DNA of 64,000 nucleotides from Trichoplax adhaerens (Eukaryota; Animalia; Placozoa), in assembly GCF_000150275.1 (NCBI RefSeq), contig NW_002060966.1, positions 405,922 through 469,921 on the forward strand, given 5' to 3'. The position numbers were made by a program, and so were the translations under genes. The notes beneath the pieces were generated by a model. That model saw only the letters and a list, made by a program, of their open reading frames with translations, did no database searches and was not told the origin of the DNA. Shown piece by piece: positions 60,801-64,000 of the stretch; the first letter of the stretch is position 1; the number at the start of each line of letters is the position of its first letter.

Positions 60801-63774
60801 GATAGCGTAATTGGAATTGCTGAAACTGAACAACAATCATCCATGTATAAGGCAATACTAGCTATTTACGAAGTACTTGGCGTTATAATCACCTTATCAA
60901 TATCGAAATTTATTCGACTTATAACTTTTAATTGCAGAATAACGAATATGCTATATTTGATGAAAAGCAACAAAAACTCAGGTAATTCTTTATGCGTATA
61001 TCAATCTATGCTTTAAAGTAATATTAACTAGGTTAAAATTTCTTTTCAGATATTTAGTCGAATTCAACTTAGCTAGCGATCCGAAAACGACATCAACGTT
61101 AAAATTAAATTATCCGGAAACTTTGCAAGATCAGCCTGCGCCTTCGCATCTGTTTCTTGATAATTCAGGTCAATATTAATATTGTAGCAATATAGAGAAT
61201 CGATTTCATAGCAGGATACAACTTATAAGTGTTCAATTCCTATATTCATACCGTCAACCTTAGCCGAAATTGATATAACCAAGCTACTAAATGGGACAGC
61301 CAAAAGAGTCAGTGAAGCTGGATTAAAGACTTCAAATGATATTTCCATACCATTAACAGACGTTCATTTCAGAGCTAAATTATTGGATTTAGCCGCAGAG
61401 GTAGACATAATTTACACTGTGAAAGGGTACTAAGAGTATGAATTAGGATAGAGAGTATATATTTTAATGGCCTTTGTTATAATAAAATAGTTAATTTAGA
61501 ATTCCCATTATAGTGTAAATTGCATATAACTTTATTAAGAGCTAAATTCGTTCTGAAGAGATCGAATTTAAACTGAGATATCGATGATGGCAATTGACTA
61601 ACGATTATTTAGTGCCAATGCTGATATTCTAAATTTCATTAAAAATTGATTTATTAGTGACCTTGACTAATTATTCTGCTAATTTATTTATAGGTGGTGG
61701 TATTACAATGCTATTTTAACAAATCATCACAACCAATTGAAGCAAAATATGTATTTCCTCTGGATGATAGAGCAGCAGGTAATTCATGAATATTAATTAC
61801 GATAGTTTGTAATTTGAGGTTTATGGGTGATAGGTAAAGCTCACTTGCATGAGGTCTACCAGGCTATAATTACGGAGGAAAATGAAGCATTTCGCACAGC
61901 TAATATTAAACATAAACTGAGTGCTTAATTGTATTTTGCAATTAAAAGTATACAAATTTCTATTACTGTGCAGTTAGCTAAAGTATAATTGGCTAGTATG
62001 AGCAGTAATAAAGAAAAAAAATGATATCGAAGATTATTTTTTGATTGTTTGACGAGCTGAAATGCCCATATGTAGTACTAATTTTATTCCATCCCTACAG
62101 TATGTGGGTTTGAAGCCTTTATCAATAACAAACATATTATTGGCCAAGTCAAAGAAAAAGAGAAAGCGCATAAAGAATATGAAGCTGCTGTAGCTAGAAA
62201 AGATGGAGCTTACCTAATGGACGAAGAATCACCAGTATGAACTTTCAAACACAACATAGCTACTATTTCATTAATGAAAATCATTTCAACTTTTTACGTA
62301 TTTAATGAGAGCGGTTGCGGTAATTTCCTGTCTACAATAAGTTTATGTTAACATACGAGTATATAAGTTAATAACCACAGGCAATATTAGCCATCTTTTG
62401 AAATTCACTTCCTTTCAATGCATAGAAAGTTAAGCAGTATTGCTTTATATTTACCATTTCTTTAGGATATTTTTACTGTCAGCGTTGGGAATTTACCTCC
62501 TAATTCTAAAGTATTAATCAAAATAACTTATGTCACCGAGTTGTCTATGGAAGGTGACTGTTTCGACTTTTTCCTGCCATCTAATCTGGCTCCGTGGAAA
62601 AAACAAGAAGCACTATCCAATGTAACCCAGGTTTGCGTAGAATTTTTACTTTCATCGCTAGACATATGGTTAATTAGTATCTAACTACTGAAATTTAAAA
62701 TCTCATTTAGGATGCAGTGAGTACGGTCAAGATTAACGAAGTCAAATCAGTGTAAGGCAAAAACTTTAAGAAATGATACTTTTATTATTGAGTAGAGTAC
62801 ATAGCAATAAATATAGTCGGATTATAAAGTTAAAATGCAATAGTTATTTTACTAAATAATACCTTCTTGGACGGTGTACTGGTAATTTAAGCGCCAGCGA
62901 GATTTTAAAAGCCTGACAGTAATTTGCTAGCTATCGTTTATAGAGAATAAGATCCCCTATCTTGCAATTATTTTACTGCACTCGAGGGTTTATGTGCTTG
63001 ATTATTTCATCATTATTGATAATAGCAATGCAACGGTTCAGGTTCGAGTTGAAATGCCGTTCGAAATTAGATCGATTAGCTCGCCAACACATCAAATTAG
63101 ACAAAAAGTAAGCAATTCATTCTTTATCCAATAAAAATAAATAAAACGAGATAACGAAGCAATAATATTTACAGACGACTGCTACTAAAGCTGTGGTGGA
63201 AACTGGACAAATGACAAAGTTCGATAATGGATTTCGATTATTAATACGATTAGCGGAAATTCACGTACCAAGAATGTGGGTTGAAAAATATCCAGATACT
63301 GATAGCCAGGTCAGTTGTTTCTATTCTATCTCGAAGTCAGTGCGAGAAAATAAGGATAGAAGTGCTTAAATAATTCATAGTCATTCTTAGTAATGGCCAA
63401 TATTGATAGAGAAGATACCCAGTCAGGCTTTGCCGTTTAGTATAATTGTACGCGAGATATAATATCGAATAATTTAATATTAAATTCGATGGTCTTAAAC
63501 TATCTTCAAATTCTGATTCAATGAGTATAGTAGAATCAAATTAAACCGGTTTTGTTCAGTATAACCGCACATAAATGTCAAATAATTTAACTATATAATC
63601 TTGATAGTATTAAATGCTATTTAATAGTCTAATATTTATTGAACCGTTATAATACAGATGCATCTTTATGTGTACCTCTAGGCATGCATGTTAACTTTCT
63701 ATCCAGAGTTTGATGTAACAGAAAATCCTCGACCAGAAATTATCATAGCTCTAGATATGTCAAATTCCATGAAG
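54810..63774 (+). CDS. PARP4: Vault PARP-like protein (PARP4), copy B; 21 exons seen, continues beyond the window
   Basis: Exons 54810-54938, 56543-56741, 57272-57332, 58191-58266, 58360-58662, 59094-59569, 59687-59798 (LFHAS), 59893-59921, 60085-60183 (GSGIYFADS), 60567-60651, 60753-60851 (GC donor), 60938-60981 (NNEYAIF), 61050-61168, 61264-61400, 61694-61778, 62101-62234, 62466-62630, 62711-62751, 63026-63107, 63175-63309, 63682-63774 (LDMSNSMK). Exon lengths and phases mirror copy A. Confidence 0.92.
55691..56380. repeat. Three further copies of the same unit (about 230 bp) inside PARP4-B intron 1
   Basis: Unit starts at about 55760, 55999 and 56222. The array begins with gttaactagca.tcattc, as does the upstream array (53999). 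Confidence 0.85.
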
Positions 63775-64000
63775 GTGCCGTTATTACATCTATGAATTAG
63801 TTATAAAGTTTGTTTGATTACCAACATTCTATTCTATGTTGATACGTCATAAAAAAGAAATTTCAATTAGGCAAGAGCCGTTATTGCCCGTAATCGTAGA
63901 CAAGCAGTTGTAACCACGATCGTTCCTCTAGTCTAGAAATGAAGTAATTAAAATATGAGTTAAAATGAGAAATATAAGATAATTAATAAACACTGTATAA

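Overview
AT-rich eukaryotic genomic DNA with many short GT-AG introns and intronless GPCR/P450 genes. The style fits a compact early-branching animal genome such as the placozoan Trichoplax (inference; no search run). The window is built from tandem gene duplications. (1) Three minus-strand GNAT acetyltransferases resembling insect AANAT/dopamine NAT: two intact and ending in the peroxisomal signal SKL, and one frameshifted at the left edge. (2) A complete vault-PARP (PARP4-like) gene of about 55 exons at 15087-34468 (BRCT, WGR-like, PARP H-Y-E, VIT, vWA, linker, MVP-binding). (3) A decayed third PARP4 promoter/exon-1 copy at about 35310-35880, missed by the ORF track. (4) Two duplicated rhodopsin-type GPCRs with non-canonical microswitch motifs. 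(5) An intronless clan-3 cytochrome P450. (6) A second PARP4 paralog from 54810 running off the right edge. The most unusual structure is the linker of the first PARP4: about 15 consecutive frame-preserving phase 1-1 exons, mostly microexons and partly duplicated from each other, carrying a basic NLS, FG motifs and one perfect Pol II CTD heptad (YSPTSPS). There are also higher-order minisatellites, intron-1 repeat arrays, perfect palindromes upstream of both PARP4 starts, and a 600-bp dispersed repeat. All exon models were read by eye from splice signals, frame and paralog agreement. No prokaryotic features (CRISPR, operons) are supported.
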